From: the human T2T-CHM13v2.0 reference genome, Homo sapiens
Reading direction: 5' to 3' (one strand)
Length of the DNA: 64,000 bases
Assembly: GCF_009914755.1 (NCBI RefSeq)
Contig: NC_060947.1
This document shows positions 48,440 to 62,497 of the stretch, piece after piece (positions within the stretch are counted from its first letter, which is position 1; each line of letters opens with the position of its first letter). Both the position numbers and the translations under genes were made by a program. The notes below the pieces were generated by a model, which was given only the letters and a program-made list of their open reading frames with translations, was not told the origin of the DNA and made no database searches.

Positions 48440-49645
48440 TTTAAGAATAAGAATGCTGTGTGACTCACATAGCCACTCTCACACCCAAAGAGTCTTGCTT
48501 CACCAAAGCCTTGAGAAAGACATAGGTGATGACAACACATAAAGATTTAAAGAGTGCTTTATTGGCTTTAGGCCAGGAATGCTGGTAGGATGAAATGCAA
48601 TTTGACTGTCTTCCTGAGCTTCATGGGATCATAAGTTTGTAGAGCACAGTAAACCACTAGAAACAAAGTGGACATAGTTATCACAGCAGGTAGCACAGAA
48701 AGCAGAGTAATCCGCTGTCAAGGGATGCTGTGACTTGCAAAGATCTCTGGCTATGCTTAATTAATCATAAAGTACCTTAAGTTTTGGTTTAATTTGCATA
48801 ACTAAATGTAGACCAAAAGAAAACAAAATTTTAGTCCTGCCTTAAGCCAACATGAAAGAGAGTCACAGTTTATCACCCCATTTCTAATCTTGAGTCAGTT
48901 CCCAAGCCCAGAGCAATCAGTCCTCAATTCCACTGAAGTCTCCCCTGTAATACCACAATTGAGTACTCTGTATCTCTTTGTAGGCGTCTCATAGTAACTT
49001 ATGCTTACTCACCTGAGTTACTAGGTGCTGAGGCAGGGAAATCCAAATATTTCAGGTACAATTATAAAAGGCATTGATTAACATTAATTTTTGAAGACAC
49101 ATATGTCACTATAGTCTTGAATAGCAATTTAAAGTGCTGAAATTTCAAAGGAAGTTTCAACATGAATTTACATGGTCTGATATGCAAGTATATGTAAGTA
49201 TTTGTGTACATATATATGTATGAATGAATAAATGTATGTCTACTTATACAATATTAGAATCTTAACAATGGAACTATGTTACCTTAGGAAATTTCAAATA
49301 GGCTTTGAACCTCATGTTTTCTGCCAAAACAGTGAATAAGACATCCCTGGAGGAATAGCAGAGGTTGGAACCACCAAGAAAGAGTCCAAATAAGTAGGAG
49401 TGGTCATTGTCAGCAGTTTGGTCAGCACAGAATGTTTATGGGACTTGAAGAAGAGCAGTAGATTACCATAACCTTAATGAGGCAAGGACTCTAACTGTTG
49501 CTGCTGTTGCAGATGTGTTTTCTTAACTGGAGAAAATTATTGTAGCTCTTGGCATTCGGTATTCATGTATCGATTTCGTGCATGCATTTTTCTCTATTTC
49601 AACAAATTGAGACAACTAGAAGTAGTTTGCATCCCCCGGGGACAA
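48440..49645 (+). mobile_element. Degenerate ERVL internal sequence (gag end to pol reverse transcriptase)
   Basis: 49458-49600 reads VDYHNLNE..T..AAVADV...IDFVHAFFSI, similar to HERV-L RT VDYRKLNQVVTPIAAAVPDV...IDLANAFFSIP. Confidence 0.7.
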
Positions 49646-49879
49646 GTTTGCCTAGACTGGCTCTCTTTACCAGCTCTCTCCAGACTTTTCTTTGCTAATC
49701 TTACTTTTTTGCCTAAACAAAATGCTGTCTTCTTCCTCTAGGAAAAAGAAGAGAGAGCCAACTACTCTACAAAGGAAAAGGGATGTAGTTTGTAGGATTT
49801 TCCTTGTTATGAGAGGAGCAGAAACCTAACTGTTGACAAGGGTATGTCATGGCTAATTCGAAAAACCCTGTTGAAATTG

Positions 49880-51990
49880 AAATTATGGTGTTCAGTTCAA
49901 CGCTAAATATGCCAGATGTTGGAGATAACAAGGTGAATAAATCAATGGCTTGCTCTTCTCTGATAAAGGCGGTTGAGTTCTGGTGAGCAACACAGAGACA
50001 TAAACAGATTCATTCCTTCATCCCACAAACACTGTGTGTTCTCTCTGTGCCAGGAACTATTCTACTGCTAGACATATAAAGGTTTGAAAAAGTACACATG
50101 GTTGATGCACTCCTGAGAATTATTTTCTAATAGGAAAAATATATTTTAATCAAAACCCCAAACAAATAAAATGTAGAAATGTCTCTATGATAAGCTAAGA
50201 AAAAGAGAAATGTATTGAGAGCCTGTGAGAGGAGTTTCACCTGATCTTAGAAGTAAAGGATAGCTTCCATGTGGTGATGAAGAATGGAGGATAGTTTCCC
50301 AGTTGAAGAGAATATTGTTCACTATGGCCCTGTTCCAAGTAGGAAACAATTAATTAAAAACCTAAGGAAGCTTAGTATGATGGGAGATCAGAAAATCAGG
50401 CAGGGGTTTGTGAGAAATAAAGCTTAGGAAAAGTAGGAAAAGTGGAAAAAGTGGAGGCCAGGTCATGCAGGACCTTGCAGGCCAGATTAAGAATCGTGCT
50501 CTTTATCCTAACATTATTAAACTACTGAACATTTTTAGCAGGTGGGTAACAGAATATTTATTGGACTTGAAGAACAGTAGATTATCATAACCTTAATGAG
50601 ACACTGACTCTAACTGTTGCTGCTTTTGCAGATGTGTTTTCTTAATTGAAGAAAATCATATCACATGTGAACTTTCTGACCATACTGTGGAGCGGTGCTA
50701 ATAAGGAGGTAAGAGTGGATGTAGATAAATCTGTTAGGAGGTTGTTAAAATAATCAGATGAACCATAATGAGATTTATTTCTAGACATATGATTATAGAG
50801 ATAGAAATAAATACATTCAAAAATATTTCAGAGTTAAAACTGACAAGATGATGATATGAAAGGTGAGAAGGAGGGTTATATCAAGGGTGACTTCTTATTT
50901 TCTGGTTTGCTTCTGTGCCTGGTTGGCAGTGCCATTCTCCAAGAGAACACTAATGAAAGACTATGTTTTGGAGGAAAGACAAAACGTTTTATTTTATTTT
51001 ATTTTGAAGTGTCTATGTCACATTCAAATATAAAGGGAATGTAAATATATCAAAAGTATATGATATGGAAGTTCCTCAAAAACTTAAACATAGAATTACC
51101 ATATGATCCAGAAATTTCACTTCTGAGTATATACCCAAAGGAATTGAAAGCAGGGACTCAAGCATATAATTGTATACTAATGCTCACAGCAGCATTATTC
51201 ACAGTAGCCAAAAGGTGGAAACAACAAAAATGTCTATCAACAGATAAATGGATAAACAAAATGTGGTATATATAGAATCGAATATTATCCATCCTTAAAA
51301 AGGAATAAGATTCTGATACTTGCTACAACATGGAAACAACATGAAAGAACCTTAAAAACATTGTGCTTTGAGAAATAAGCTAGACACTAAAGAGAAAATA
51401 TTGTATTATTCCACTTATCTGAAGAAGCTACAACAGGCAAATTTGTAGAGGCAGAAAGTAGGATGGTGGTTGTCAGGGGCTGGAAGGGCGTTACTTCATG
51501 GGTATGGAGTTTCAGTTCTGGAAGATTTTTTTAAAGTGCTGGAGATGGATGTTGCTGATGGTTGCACAACAATGTAAATGTGCTTAATGCCACTGAACTA
51601 TATGCTTCAAAGTGGTTAAAATGGTAAATTTTATATTATATGTATTTTTCCATAATGAAAAATGTATGTAGATCTGGAGCTCAGAGTCCTAGGCTAAAGA
51701 TGTAAATGAAAGTGTCATCATTGTGTTTATGACAAGTGAAGTCATGTAAAATTGCCTAGTTTGAATGTATGTGGACGGAAATGTGTGATGAAAGGAAAAG
51801 AGAGTTTAGAACTAAAGATGATGAACTCAATAATGGCTATGCAGAGGAGGACTGGTCTTCAGAAAGGACAGGGATGGGATGGCTAGAAATGTGAGAGGAA
51901 GACAAAAAGAGAAAAGAGAATAATGTCAGATAAGTTAAAGGGAGCAAATATTTATAGGAGCCAAAGATCAATAGTGTTTCATTGCTATTT
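49880..51990 (-). mobile_element. L2 body interrupted by L1MB4 and a short duplicated ERVL segment
   Basis: GGCCAGGTCATGCAGGACCTTG and GATCTGGAGCTCAG match antisense L2. Confidence 0.72.
51050..51663 (+). mobile_element. L1MB4-like 3' end
   Basis: GAAAGCAGGGACTCAA and GATGGTTGCACAACAATGTAAATGTGCTTAATGCCACTGAAC. Confidence 0.85.
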
Positions 51991-51999
51991 GAATCCCTC

Positions 52000-53250
52000 T
52001 TGGTGGAAGGATTCTATTTCTCATTTATCTTGAGGGGTCCTCCTTGGTACTGTAATGCTGTGGTAGTTCATTTTTGCTGTAAAGCAAAGCTCTCTGTAAT
52101 TCCAGTTTGAGCTTTTTTTTTTCCTATTTAATTTGTCATAGGAAATTACCCATCAAGCCACAGATGTGGTTTGAAGAAGGGGAAGTAATTTGGCAGGAGT
52201 AAGGCACTCTGGATGTATGAGCTATCTGCCTGTGCAAATTACTAATGCCTTTAGAACCTGCTTGGGCTCAGTGCTGTTTTCACTTGATATTTAAGAGCTT
52301 CTGAGTATACCAGATTTTATGGCTAGGAGTAATAGATTGCATCCAGTTCATGACAAGCAGCTGGGGTCAGATATCCCCATTGTTCCCCGGGCCAAATATT
52401 CAGCCTTTGTGAGCTGATCCAGAGCTCCTTCTCAAGAAGAAAATAAACTTGGTAAAGCAGGCCTGACTTTGCTACAGAAGTCTTGGGTCCTCATCCACTA
52501 TTCTTCTTTCAAGGTTTATAGTAGGCTTGATTGCACATTGCCACCTGCCTCTGACACTTCAAGCACCACAGCATATGCTGTTTTATAAGGATCAGTTGGC
52601 AAAGTTATTTGTCCTGTACCTTAGACCAGCTAGAGTGGCTTTCTTTGCTCTGAGCCCCACTAAAATGGACAGGCTTTTGCTTTATCCAGCAAATAGATCT
52701 AGCTAGAACAACATTAAATGGTACATTTCTCAAATATCTCAAGGGGTCCCCCAAGAATGTTAAGTGGGTAAGGAAATCAAGATGTGTAAATATATCCTTT
52801 ATTTTGTATCAGATCAACAAGACTCCAGAAAAAAATTCCTGGGGTAGTAAAAAAACTATCTCTCTATCCATCCCTGGCACCACAGTCAAACATTTAGGGT
52901 GCCATTTACTTCTTTCTTCCTAGATCCTACTGCAAAAAGTCATCACTTTAGAGGTTCATCAGAATGACCTATAAGAATGTGAGTTTGTCAGGGTCCCTAT
53001 GGACTGAATAGTAGCACAGAGCCTAAGAGTCGTCATATCTCTATGGCAGGATTGTGAAAGTTTGCTCCTGCCCTGCAAGTCCCAAGGTAATAAAACCGTT
53101 CTACAATGTAGCTGAGTTAGAAAAAAAAGACTTCATAAAGCATGTCAACCACTGTTGGCAGTCACGCAGGATCACAATAGCATTGTTAAAGTAAGCGTGA
53201 GTATGAATGTGTATGAGAAAAACCAATAAAAACACTCTGTAAATCACTTC
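52000..53250 (-). mobile_element. Degenerate ERVL pol (RT/RNase H) fragment
   Basis: The minus strand carries QGRSKLSQSC/FTILP-like and FEKQLL-like remnants in the same order as HERV-L pol. Confidence 0.55.
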
Positions 53251-54000
53251 TCTCCTTTTGCACAAAGTTAGAAGTAAAGAATAATAATTTTAAAAAATAT
53301 CTTAAGTACTGAAAATTGTATTCACTGAGGCTTGGCCTTCCCTTTCTACATTTTTTTCTATACTTCACAGGTTATCTGTCCCTTTCTCTATTTTTTTTTG
53401 TTTGCCCATCCAATGCCAGTGTCCAGTTTTTCTCTGAAACTGGAAAGTATCAAAACTCAAGCCTTTACAATAGTTGAACAACTGACTAATTGACCTTCTT
53501 GCATTACCTCAGCCAAGAACTGGCACTTTAATACTTTCAATTGTTAAGTGAAAAGCTGTGTCCTATAGTTAAAGGAATTCAAGCATTGCCAAGCAAGTGG
53601 AGATACATTTGAGATCTTGATATGTTTGAAAACTCTTTGTCTATGAAAAGAAACTTGATTTAGTCAGTTTTAGGTGATTGGATAGCTGGATTCAGAAGGT
53701 TAAATCTGCATTCTTGTTCACTTAGTAGCACACTCTGGGGAGATGAAGTCATTCAGGGATAACTTTGCTGAAGCTTGGACTGAAGATAATGCTAGAGAAA
53801 AATCAAGAGGTTCTCTGGCCAACGATTACTGAACAAAGGTGGAGTACTGTTTTAGAGGTAGATATCTATAGGTTGGCTCATGCCTTTGAGCTGGGCTAAT
53901 GGAGAAGCCTTTTACTCAGCAGTGAATAAAAGAAGCAATCAAGTCTTCTGTGTAAGTTTGGGCTTGACACAGCAGTTTATAGCAAAGGCAGAAATTAAAT

Positions 54001-54032
54001 ACACACACACACACACACACACAAACACACAC
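54001..54032. repeat. (CA)n microsatellite
   Basis: Directly visible. Confidence 0.95.
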
Positions 54033-54762
54033 CCCACATGTTAAGTAAGCAGAGTCATTATAGACTGTACAATAAAGGTAAGTGTAGAAAGAGGGTAAAG
54101 TGGTGGCAAAAGTAGAAACAATAAGTAGAAGTAGAGACAGGGAATAGGTCTGACGTAATATTTTATCTCTAGACTGTGAGATATTAGGTCTCTTCTCTTG
54201 AATGGGTGACAAAGTAACCAGGTCATTAGAGCTGCACCGCCCTAAATGTAATTCAAGTCCTTTGGGAAGTCCACTCTAAAATGATATCTCACTAACTAAA
54301 ACACACTAAAGCAACAAAAATATACAGTACATCTATTTCAATCAGGTCAATTATTTATTGTACAATATTTTGTTACATAAAATATATCAGTCAGTAGTAA
54401 TACATTTTGCTTAAGAGCTCTATATTTACCTTATGTGATTGGATTAAAATTATATTGTCGTAGCTGAAGTAATATATCGATTCTATGAACAATTTGCTAT
54501 TAAAATAACTTTCAGAAATAGTCAACATTTTAAGCATTTACTCTCTGAATCTTTCTGGACCCCAGATTTCTTATTATAAGTGGTCTAAACTATATGATTG
54601 CTCAGATACTACATATTTTCTAATTCAAAATTCCCAGAGCCTATTTTTATGCTACAAAAATTAATTTTATTATATTACTAACATATTGCAGAAATTCAGA
54701 GAATTATTTGTGGTCATAGAATATCAAAATAAAACGGAGTCGCGTTTCTTGGTTTTCATTTT

Positions 54763-55061
54763 TTTTGTTGTTGTTTTTTGAGACAAGGTCTCGCTCTGTC
54801 ACCCAGTCTAGAGTGCAGTAGTGTGATCATAGCTCACTGCAGCCTTGTAGCCCTGGGCTTGAACAATCCTCCCACCTCAGCCTCCCAGGTAGCCGGGACT
54901 ACTGGCATGCACCACCGTGCCAAACTAATTTATTTCGTTTTTTGTAGAGACAGGGGCTTGCTATATTGCTCAGGCTGGTCTCAAATTTCTGACATCCAGT
55001 GATCCTCCTGCCTCGTCCTCCCAAAGTGTTGTGATTACAGGCATGAACTACTGTGCCCAGC
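54763..55061 (-). mobile_element. AluJ
   Basis: GATCATAGCTCACTGCAGCCT and AATCCTCCCACCTCAGC diagnostics, with TSD TGGTTTT(C/A)ATTTT. Confidence 0.92.
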
Positions 55062-56364
55062 TGGTTTTAATTTTACAATGAGACTCTCCAGACATTTAAA
55101 ATAGTTTTTTTAAGGTCAAATTGATGATATATTTAGTAAATGAATTTTAAGAATGGTCTCTGAATGTAGGAATTTCTTATGAAATTAGGGAAGGACAACA
55201 CAAATATTGTAAAGGATATATGAGAAAGCAAAATACAATAATTTGTTTTAAAGAGTATCCAATAATGACAGATTATTCCCTTTTACTTTAGAGTAATTTA
55301 TTTTATCTGGTTTAGACCTTCTTGATAAAACTCTTCTATTTAATGAGTAAACACCTTACATTTGTCAATAAAATTCATTTATATAATGGAATTATATTGT
55401 TTATAGTTGTAGATTAATAGAGATTAAATTTCCATATGACAAAAGATTATGGGTCATTGTGATTCAAGTCAATGCAAGTTCACGATGTTGGCAAAATGAG
55501 TATTTTTATATGTTGTTTAAGCTGCCAAGAGTCTTCCTAGAGTCCTTTATTTAAAGGAAGAAGACTGTATTTCTCAAGAAAAAAAAAATCCTGTAAAGTT
55601 TTATGTGCTTTATATTGACTCTTTGTCTTTCTGACATATTTAATAGTTCCTGTTAGAGCCACAAGATATTGAATAGGAGGTTCTGAGTTGGGTCACTGCT
55701 CCATTTGAATAATCCTTTAAAACTTTAGTCCTCACAAACAAGCAGTAGCTGGCAACTATTACAATGATACCCAGCCACACTTCACATAAACATGTAACAG
55801 TTTGTCCAGAGATCATTATAAACACATACTAGGCTTCTTTGAAACTAATATCTTCAAAAAGGACTAATTAGTAGCTGAACATTGAGTACTTCTATAAAGT
55901 TTTGTCCTCCTAGCTTTGAGCATTCCTAATCTAAATTTCAATTTCATACTGGCAAATCTTTCTTTTTATGACATGAAACAAAAGGAAAAATAATTGGCTT
56001 TATCTGTGCTAATTTGCCGGTGGTCACTGTTGAGAGCTTCAAATGCCCTTCCCACTGTCAATCTCTGCTCTTCACCATTCTGCTCCATATTATTCATTCA
56101 AGTGGCATGAAGAGGGGTATGGTGGCTGTGGGATTCGAACCATCATTTAACAAGATATGGGAAGTGAATAGTATTTGCTCACCATAACTTTAGTTTTAGT
56201 TTCGCCTTCCAAATTAGGCTTCTATACACTTCTTAAAGCTTTATTTAAGTTGTTCTTTCATCAGCATACACAGTAGTAACGAAGCCCTTTCTGATAGTCG
56301 CTGTATTAGCTACCTTGTGGCTGTTAATGTTCATGCTCCTGCAAGATCCTTTCAAATCCCTTTT

Positions 56365-56761
56365 TGTACCATTTACTTCCCTTTCCCTTCCAAGCATCAG
56401 TACTAATGCACAGCTCTTTAGTCCTCAAGCTGCTGAAGGGGCTTTTGCCCACAGGTGAAGAGATTTTAAAGCATCTGGGACATCTGGGAGTTGATATGCT
56501 CATCCCTCCCAGGGTGGCCTTTAATCAAGGGCTGAACAGTGTAGGAGTATGAAAGTTCACTCCCTTGCCTGGTGTAAGGATAACTCAGACGTAACTTACT
56601 CTCCAGAGTTCCCCAGGAGGATCGTGCTGAAGCTATCCTCTGAGGGGTGTTCACCTGAGATTGCACTGTTCCTTGGCTTCCACTACCTCCCCTTGGATCA
56701 TTTTCTTAAATTAATCAAACATACATCCTCATCTCAGAGCCTATGTCTAACTTAGGATACA
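56365..56761 (+). mobile_element. LTR16-family (LTR16C-like) ERVL solo LTR
   Basis: GGATAACTCAGA, CTCCAGAGTTCCCCAGGAGGAT and TCCTCATCTCAG...ATACA end. Confidence 0.6.
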
Positions 56762-56793
56762 CCTATAGTGGAGACCTCACTGTCATGTCAAAA

Positions 56794-56812
56794 TACCGCC
56801 GCCTAGTGGCAA
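56794..56812 (-). promoter_or_regulatory. CTCF core motif
   Basis: The minus strand reads TTGCCACTAGGCGGCGGTA, close to consensus (T/C)GGCCAC(C/T)AG(G/A)(G/T)GGC(G/A)(C/G)TA. Two CpGs are retained. Confidence 0.6.
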
Positions 56813-56852
56813 GACTAAGAATATCAGAGTTCTTTGCATTAACTGCATGACC

Positions 56853-56914
56853 TTTCATTGAATACCTTTTTTCATTGAATACCTTTTTTCATTGAATACT
56901 TTGCACTGAATACC
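56853..56914. repeat. 17-bp tandem repeat (CATTGAATACCTTTTTT), about 3 copies plus a diverged partial
   Basis: Units start at 56856, 56873, 56890 and 56904. Confidence 0.9.
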
Positions 56915-58214
56915 AAGTGAAGTAGTGAGAGGTATCCAAAGAAGACAGTGCCATTATCTCTACCCTCAAAGAGCTAACGATGTCTGGAACCAAAGGAGAA
57001 GAAGTGACAGCAAACATGACCACAGGTAGGATTTGCACAGCTGTCATTAGGAAACAAAGGGGAAGCAGTATGGGAAGGAGGGCCATTTTCTGAGCATCAG
57101 AGTCACAGGATCTCATCATCTGAGATACATTAGACACTTATAGGTCCTATCCCAGCATCTATTTTCATCAAAAAAGACTAAAGCAGAATTTTACATGTAT
57201 TAAAACTCAATAAATTGTTGCAGGCTTAAATTGCAGAAACTGGCTTATGCCCAGCAAAAGTAGGCTTCGTAGTGGCACAAATAGGTAAAATATACAGGTG
57301 GATGATAAAAAAGAGGTTGAGACTAGTCCAGAGACTGATAGCATATACAACTTCCCTAATGAATATCAGAACCATAAATATGCTATATTTAGGGCATTCA
57401 GAATGTGTGGTGAATCCTATTACAGTAGATGGAACCATGTATCATGAATGTATGTCAAAAGTGGCTAAAAGTCAATTTCATATGACTCCGCTTAATATAA
57501 TGTTCTACATGGTAGGACATCTTTGATGTGAACTAAATATATACAATTGTATAGGCCATCAAGTCCAAGCTATCCATCTACATAGATATGAGCTCTTACA
57601 TATGATCCTGCAGACTTGTTTTTAGCATTTTAGTGACCCAATGCTCACTCACTCATGATATTACTGATCTTTTGTAGGCCATCTCAGTTACAAACATTGT
57701 GACTTTCCTCCATTAATCTCTTATATCTATCTTTACATTTTTCCTTCTTAGAATGTCAACTCATGTTTACTTTCACATTCTGTTTATGATGAGACCCTTT
57801 TGGTCAATATTCCTGGGAATCACTGTAACCAATCAGTTTAAGAACAGGATGTGATATCCTCTCATCAGCATTGTGCACTAAACTTAGACTCCATGGTATA
57901 TCCCCTCCAATTTAGAGTATTATAAAGAAACTTCTTGCTTTGACATTGATACCTCATGAATAAATCAAGACGAGTTTTTGTTTTCCAATTCTATCTGAAA
58001 GAAATATGTAAAAAATAATCGAGGTGGGAAAAATTTAAGTGACAAAGAAGTTTGATATTGCCTCTATCATTCTTAAGAAAGGAGAACACTATGGGCAGGC
58101 CCTTACAGAATATCTGTCAGTAGTTTAATAATAATTTGGGGTAAAGAAATAATTTGTGGGTGACAAGACTTTCTACCATAAGACAATTTCATTCAATTAC
58201 TGTATCAATAACTG

Positions 58215-60023
58215 CATAAATTCATGCATTTACAACCAACTTATTTTTGATAAAGATACCAAGAGCATACATTGGGGAAAGATAGCCTCTTTCATAGATG
58301 GTTCTGGGAAAACTAGATATTCGTAGTCAGAGGAATAAAACTAGATCCCTATCGCTCACTACACACCAAAAATAAACTCTAAATGGTTTAAAAACTTAAA
58401 TGTAAGACCTGAAACTTTGAAAGTATTAGAAGAAAACATTGGTGCAACACTTCAGGACATTAGTCTGGGCAAATATATTTTTGTGTAAGACCTCAAAAGC
58501 ATAGGCAACAAAAGCAAACATAGACAAATCAGATTACAGCAAGCTAAAAACCTTCTGCAGAGCAAAGGAAACAATCAGCAGAGTGAAAAGACAACCTACA
58601 GGATGGGAGAAAATATTTTCAAACTATCCATCTGACAATGGATTAATACCAAGAATATATAAGGAACTCAAATAACTCAATAGCAAAAAATATCAAATAA
58701 TAGGATTTCAAAATGGGCAGAAGATCTGAATAGACAGTTTTCAAAAGAAGACATATAAATGTCCAACAAACATATAAAAATGCTCAACACTAGTAATCAT
58801 CGGGGAAATGCAAATCAAAACCACAATGAGATATAATCTCACCTCAGTTAGAATGGCTAGTATCAAAAAGACAAAAACAAAATAGATGCTGGTGAGGATG
58901 CAGACAAAGGGAAACTTTAGTACACTGCGGGTGGGAGCGCAGTGTAGTAAAGCCATCATGAAAAACAGCATGGTGGTTCCTCAAAAAATTAAAATAGATG
59001 TATCATATGATCCAGAAATTCCACTACTAGTTATATATCCAAAAGAAAGGAAATCAGTACATCAAAGAGATATTTGCATACCCATGTTTATTGCAGCACT
59101 ATTCACAATAGACAAGATATGAAATCAACCTGTGTCCATAAATAGATGAATGGATGAAGAAAATGTGATATATATAGACAACAGAATCCTATTTGACTAT
59201 AAAAAAAATAAAATCCTTTCATTTGCAGCAACATGGAACTGGGGGTCATTATATTAAGTAAAATAATCCAGGCAAAAAAGACAAATATTGCACATTCTCA
59301 CTCATATGTAGGAGCTAAAAAAAAAGGTGTATCTCATGAAGATAGAGAATAGAATGGTGGTTACCAGAGGCTGGGAAGGGGTAGGGGATGAAGATAGGTT
59401 AGTTAATGGCCATAAATGTACACTTAAATAAAAGGAATATATTCTAGTGTTCAAAAGCAGAGTAGGGGTCCTATAGTTAATGACAATGTATTGTATTTTT
59501 CCACATATCTAGAAGAAAAGTCTTCAAATGTTCCCAACAGATAGAAATGATAAATGCTCTGAGTCAGTGGTCCCCAACGTTTTTGGCACCAGAGAACGGT
59601 TTTGTAGAAGACAATTTTTCTACGGACTGGGTAGAGGGGTGGTTTCAAGATGAAACTCTTCCATCTCTGATCATCAAGCATTAAATTCTCATAAGGAGCA
59701 CACAACCTACATCCTTTGCGTGTGCAGTTCACAATAGGGTTCACGCTTCTATGAGAATCTAATGCTGCCACTGATCTGACAGAAGGCGGAGCTCAGGCAG
59801 TAATGCTCCCTGGCCACTCACCTCCTGCTGTGTGGCCTGGTTCCTAACAGGCCACAGACAGGTACCAGTACATGACCCAGAGATTGAGGACTCCTGTTGT
59901 AGGTGATGGACACCCCCAAATACCCTGACTTGATCATTACACAGTCTATGCATATAACAAAATATCTTGTGTAGCCTATACATATGTATCAATTATTATG
60001 TGTCCACGAAAATAAAATAAAAT
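58215..60023 (+). mobile_element. L1MA4-like 3' portion interrupted by MER1B
   Basis: ORF2 C-terminal peptides (YDPEIPLLVIYPKE) and 3' UTR AAATACCCTGACTTGATCATTACAC. Confidence 0.9.
59565..59896. mobile_element. MER1B hAT-Charlie element
   Basis: CAGTGGTCCCCAAC...GAGGACTCCTG termini and GAATCTAATGCTGCCACTGATCTGACAG. Confidence 0.92.
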
Positions 60024-60368
60024 CTTTGCACAGAGGGAAAATGACTGTATAAATGAAGTAAAATATATTTATCAAAGTTCTGGATCACATTGTTATTTTT
60101 AGAATAAAATGTACTTAAGCAATTAGGGGGGAAAACCTGTTCAGTGAATAAAGTTGAATGAGGAAAAATACAAACAGATATTCAAAACTTCAAAATAAGG
60201 TAGCAAGAGAAACTAATATCAACAACTAGTTGCAAGTACTGAAATTCTTTTTAAATAGCAAAAGGCAACTAAGAGTCATCCTTAAACTATATCAGCACTA
60301 TAATAATAAAATCCACACGAATCTGGGAAGTGTTAAAAATACAACAATACTAAGGCATTAAGAAATCA

Positions 60369-60630
<262 letters not shown>

Positions 60631-62023
60631 AATAAGAGATCCTTCTGTCTTTATAAAGGTATCTGTCTTTAGTTCTCTAGCTGAAACTGTTATTAGAGTT
60701 TTAGATTTAATTTGAGTCTATATTTTAATTAAAAATATGAAGAAATTTAATTGTATGCCAAAGAATTTTTTTAAATACTGAAAGGGAGAAATCTGGTTGT
60801 ATTAAATGGCTAAATAAAGTTTTTGCCTCTTCAAAAAATAGAATAAAAAGAGTGAATTAATTATTGTTTTTGAGTGGAAAACTGTTCTGTATGTAGAGTA
60901 TCAGATAAAAAGAAATGGGCTTAGATAAAATAGAGAAAGATTTCAGTCACATGAAAAACTGGTTAATTATCTAATTGATAAAAAATAGAATGGGCTCATG
61001 ATGATGAAGTTTAGCATCTTTTTTTTACAGCAATCACATTTATAAATATTAGAATTGCAAAGGAACATATATGACCATCCAATCTCTCCTCTTCATTTTT
61101 GAGACCACAAAATATGAACACAGAAATTAAATTGCTTAATTCACCTAAGCAAGTCAAGGGAAATGTAGGACTTGAGCTCACAGTTCTTAACTTGAAGGCT
61201 AGGTCTGTGGCCTTGGATAAGCTATTTAAAGCTTTTGTGCATTGCTTTGTTTTATTTTGTATTCATACAATGGAAATAATAATGTACAACCCAAAAGGAC
61301 AACTATGAGTATCAAATAAATATTTGCAAAACATTTAATATGATGACCATCTATGATAATTATTCAAAAAATAGTAGCTTTTTTGTTGTATTATTATTAT
61401 TGCCTAGTGCTTTTTCTTCTAAAATATGTTGTCTAACAATAACAAAAAAAGGATATTCTATAACTATCTCTTGTGAGCCATATTTATTGTAAAAGTCCAG
61501 TTAGAAAACTTTAAAATGTTCAAAGTATATTTTCCCCATAAGAGAAAATGTACAGTCTCTAATGATGACAATGAGAAAATTGTGACTAAATTATTAATAT
61601 CTAAGTATATTTGATAAGTAACTACATGGAGGTCTTTTTTGTTTGTTTGTTTTCATTTGCTATTTTTTTAATCCAAAAATAAGTTCCTCTTTTTGAAATC
61701 ACACTCAAGGTAGGTTTTATTATCACCCCACTTTCTAGATAAGAAACTCAAATCTCCAAAAGATGAAATATCTTGTTAATGTTTTCCCTAATGTGTTCAG
61801 TTTATTCCTGGCATCAGAGGCCCCAGACTGATGATTCAAAAGTATATGGGAAAAGTGTTTTGCTATGATTCTAAATCATTCCCCCTTTTATCAGTACAAT
61901 TTGGCCATATCTGCAAAATTTGAAAGCACATGTACCTTGATTTATCAATTTTCCTTTAGGGTTTTATTGAATGAATGTACACAAAATACATATATAACAA
62001 ATGTACTCACATATACACCACAA

Positions 62024-62342
62024 GATTGATTGACTGATTGATTGATTGATTGATTTTTTGCGATGGAGTCTCGCTCAGTCACTCAGGCTGGAGTGCAGTG
62101 GCATGATCTTGGCTCACTGCCAACCTCCGCCTCCCAGGTTCAAGTGATTCTCCTGCCACAGCCTCCCAAGTAGCTGGGACTACAGGTGCACACCACCACA
62201 CCCAGCTAATTTTTTGTATTTTTAGTAGAGACGGGTTTCATCATGTTGGTCAGGCTGGTCTCGAACTCCTGACCTCAGGTGATCCACCCGCCTCAGCCTC
62301 CCAATGTGCTGGGATTACAGGCGTGAGCCACCGCACCCAGCC
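62024..62342 (-). mobile_element. AluSx-like with a (GATT)n tail, inserted in an old L1ME fragment
   Basis: Full dimer, with (ATTG)n at 62025-62055. Confidence 0.93.
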
Positions 62343-62497
62343 CACCATAAGATATACGTACAAGAATACATTGCCACATTATAGCCTTTATAACTAGCAA
62401 TTGAAAGATGGTTGTATAAATTACTGTTACTTGTCCAATGGAATGCCATGTAGCCATTAGGAAGAATAGGATACAGGCTGACAGCAGACAATATAAA

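Noticed and set aside
48440-53250. The + and - ERVL pol pieces as one inverted provirus
   Set aside because: Both pieces appear to include the IDLANAFFS-to-WQG region and differ strongly there, so they look like separate decayed insertions. They are too degenerate to resolve by eye.
54050-54085. Consensus donor AAG|GTAAGT near 54078
   Set aside because: There is no good pyrimidine-rich acceptor nearby, and a longer exon would include the CA repeat. Such donors occur by chance in 64 kb.
56853-56914. Short direct repeats resembling a CRISPR array
   Set aside because: The units are head-to-tail with no unique spacers, there are no cas genes, and the context is human.
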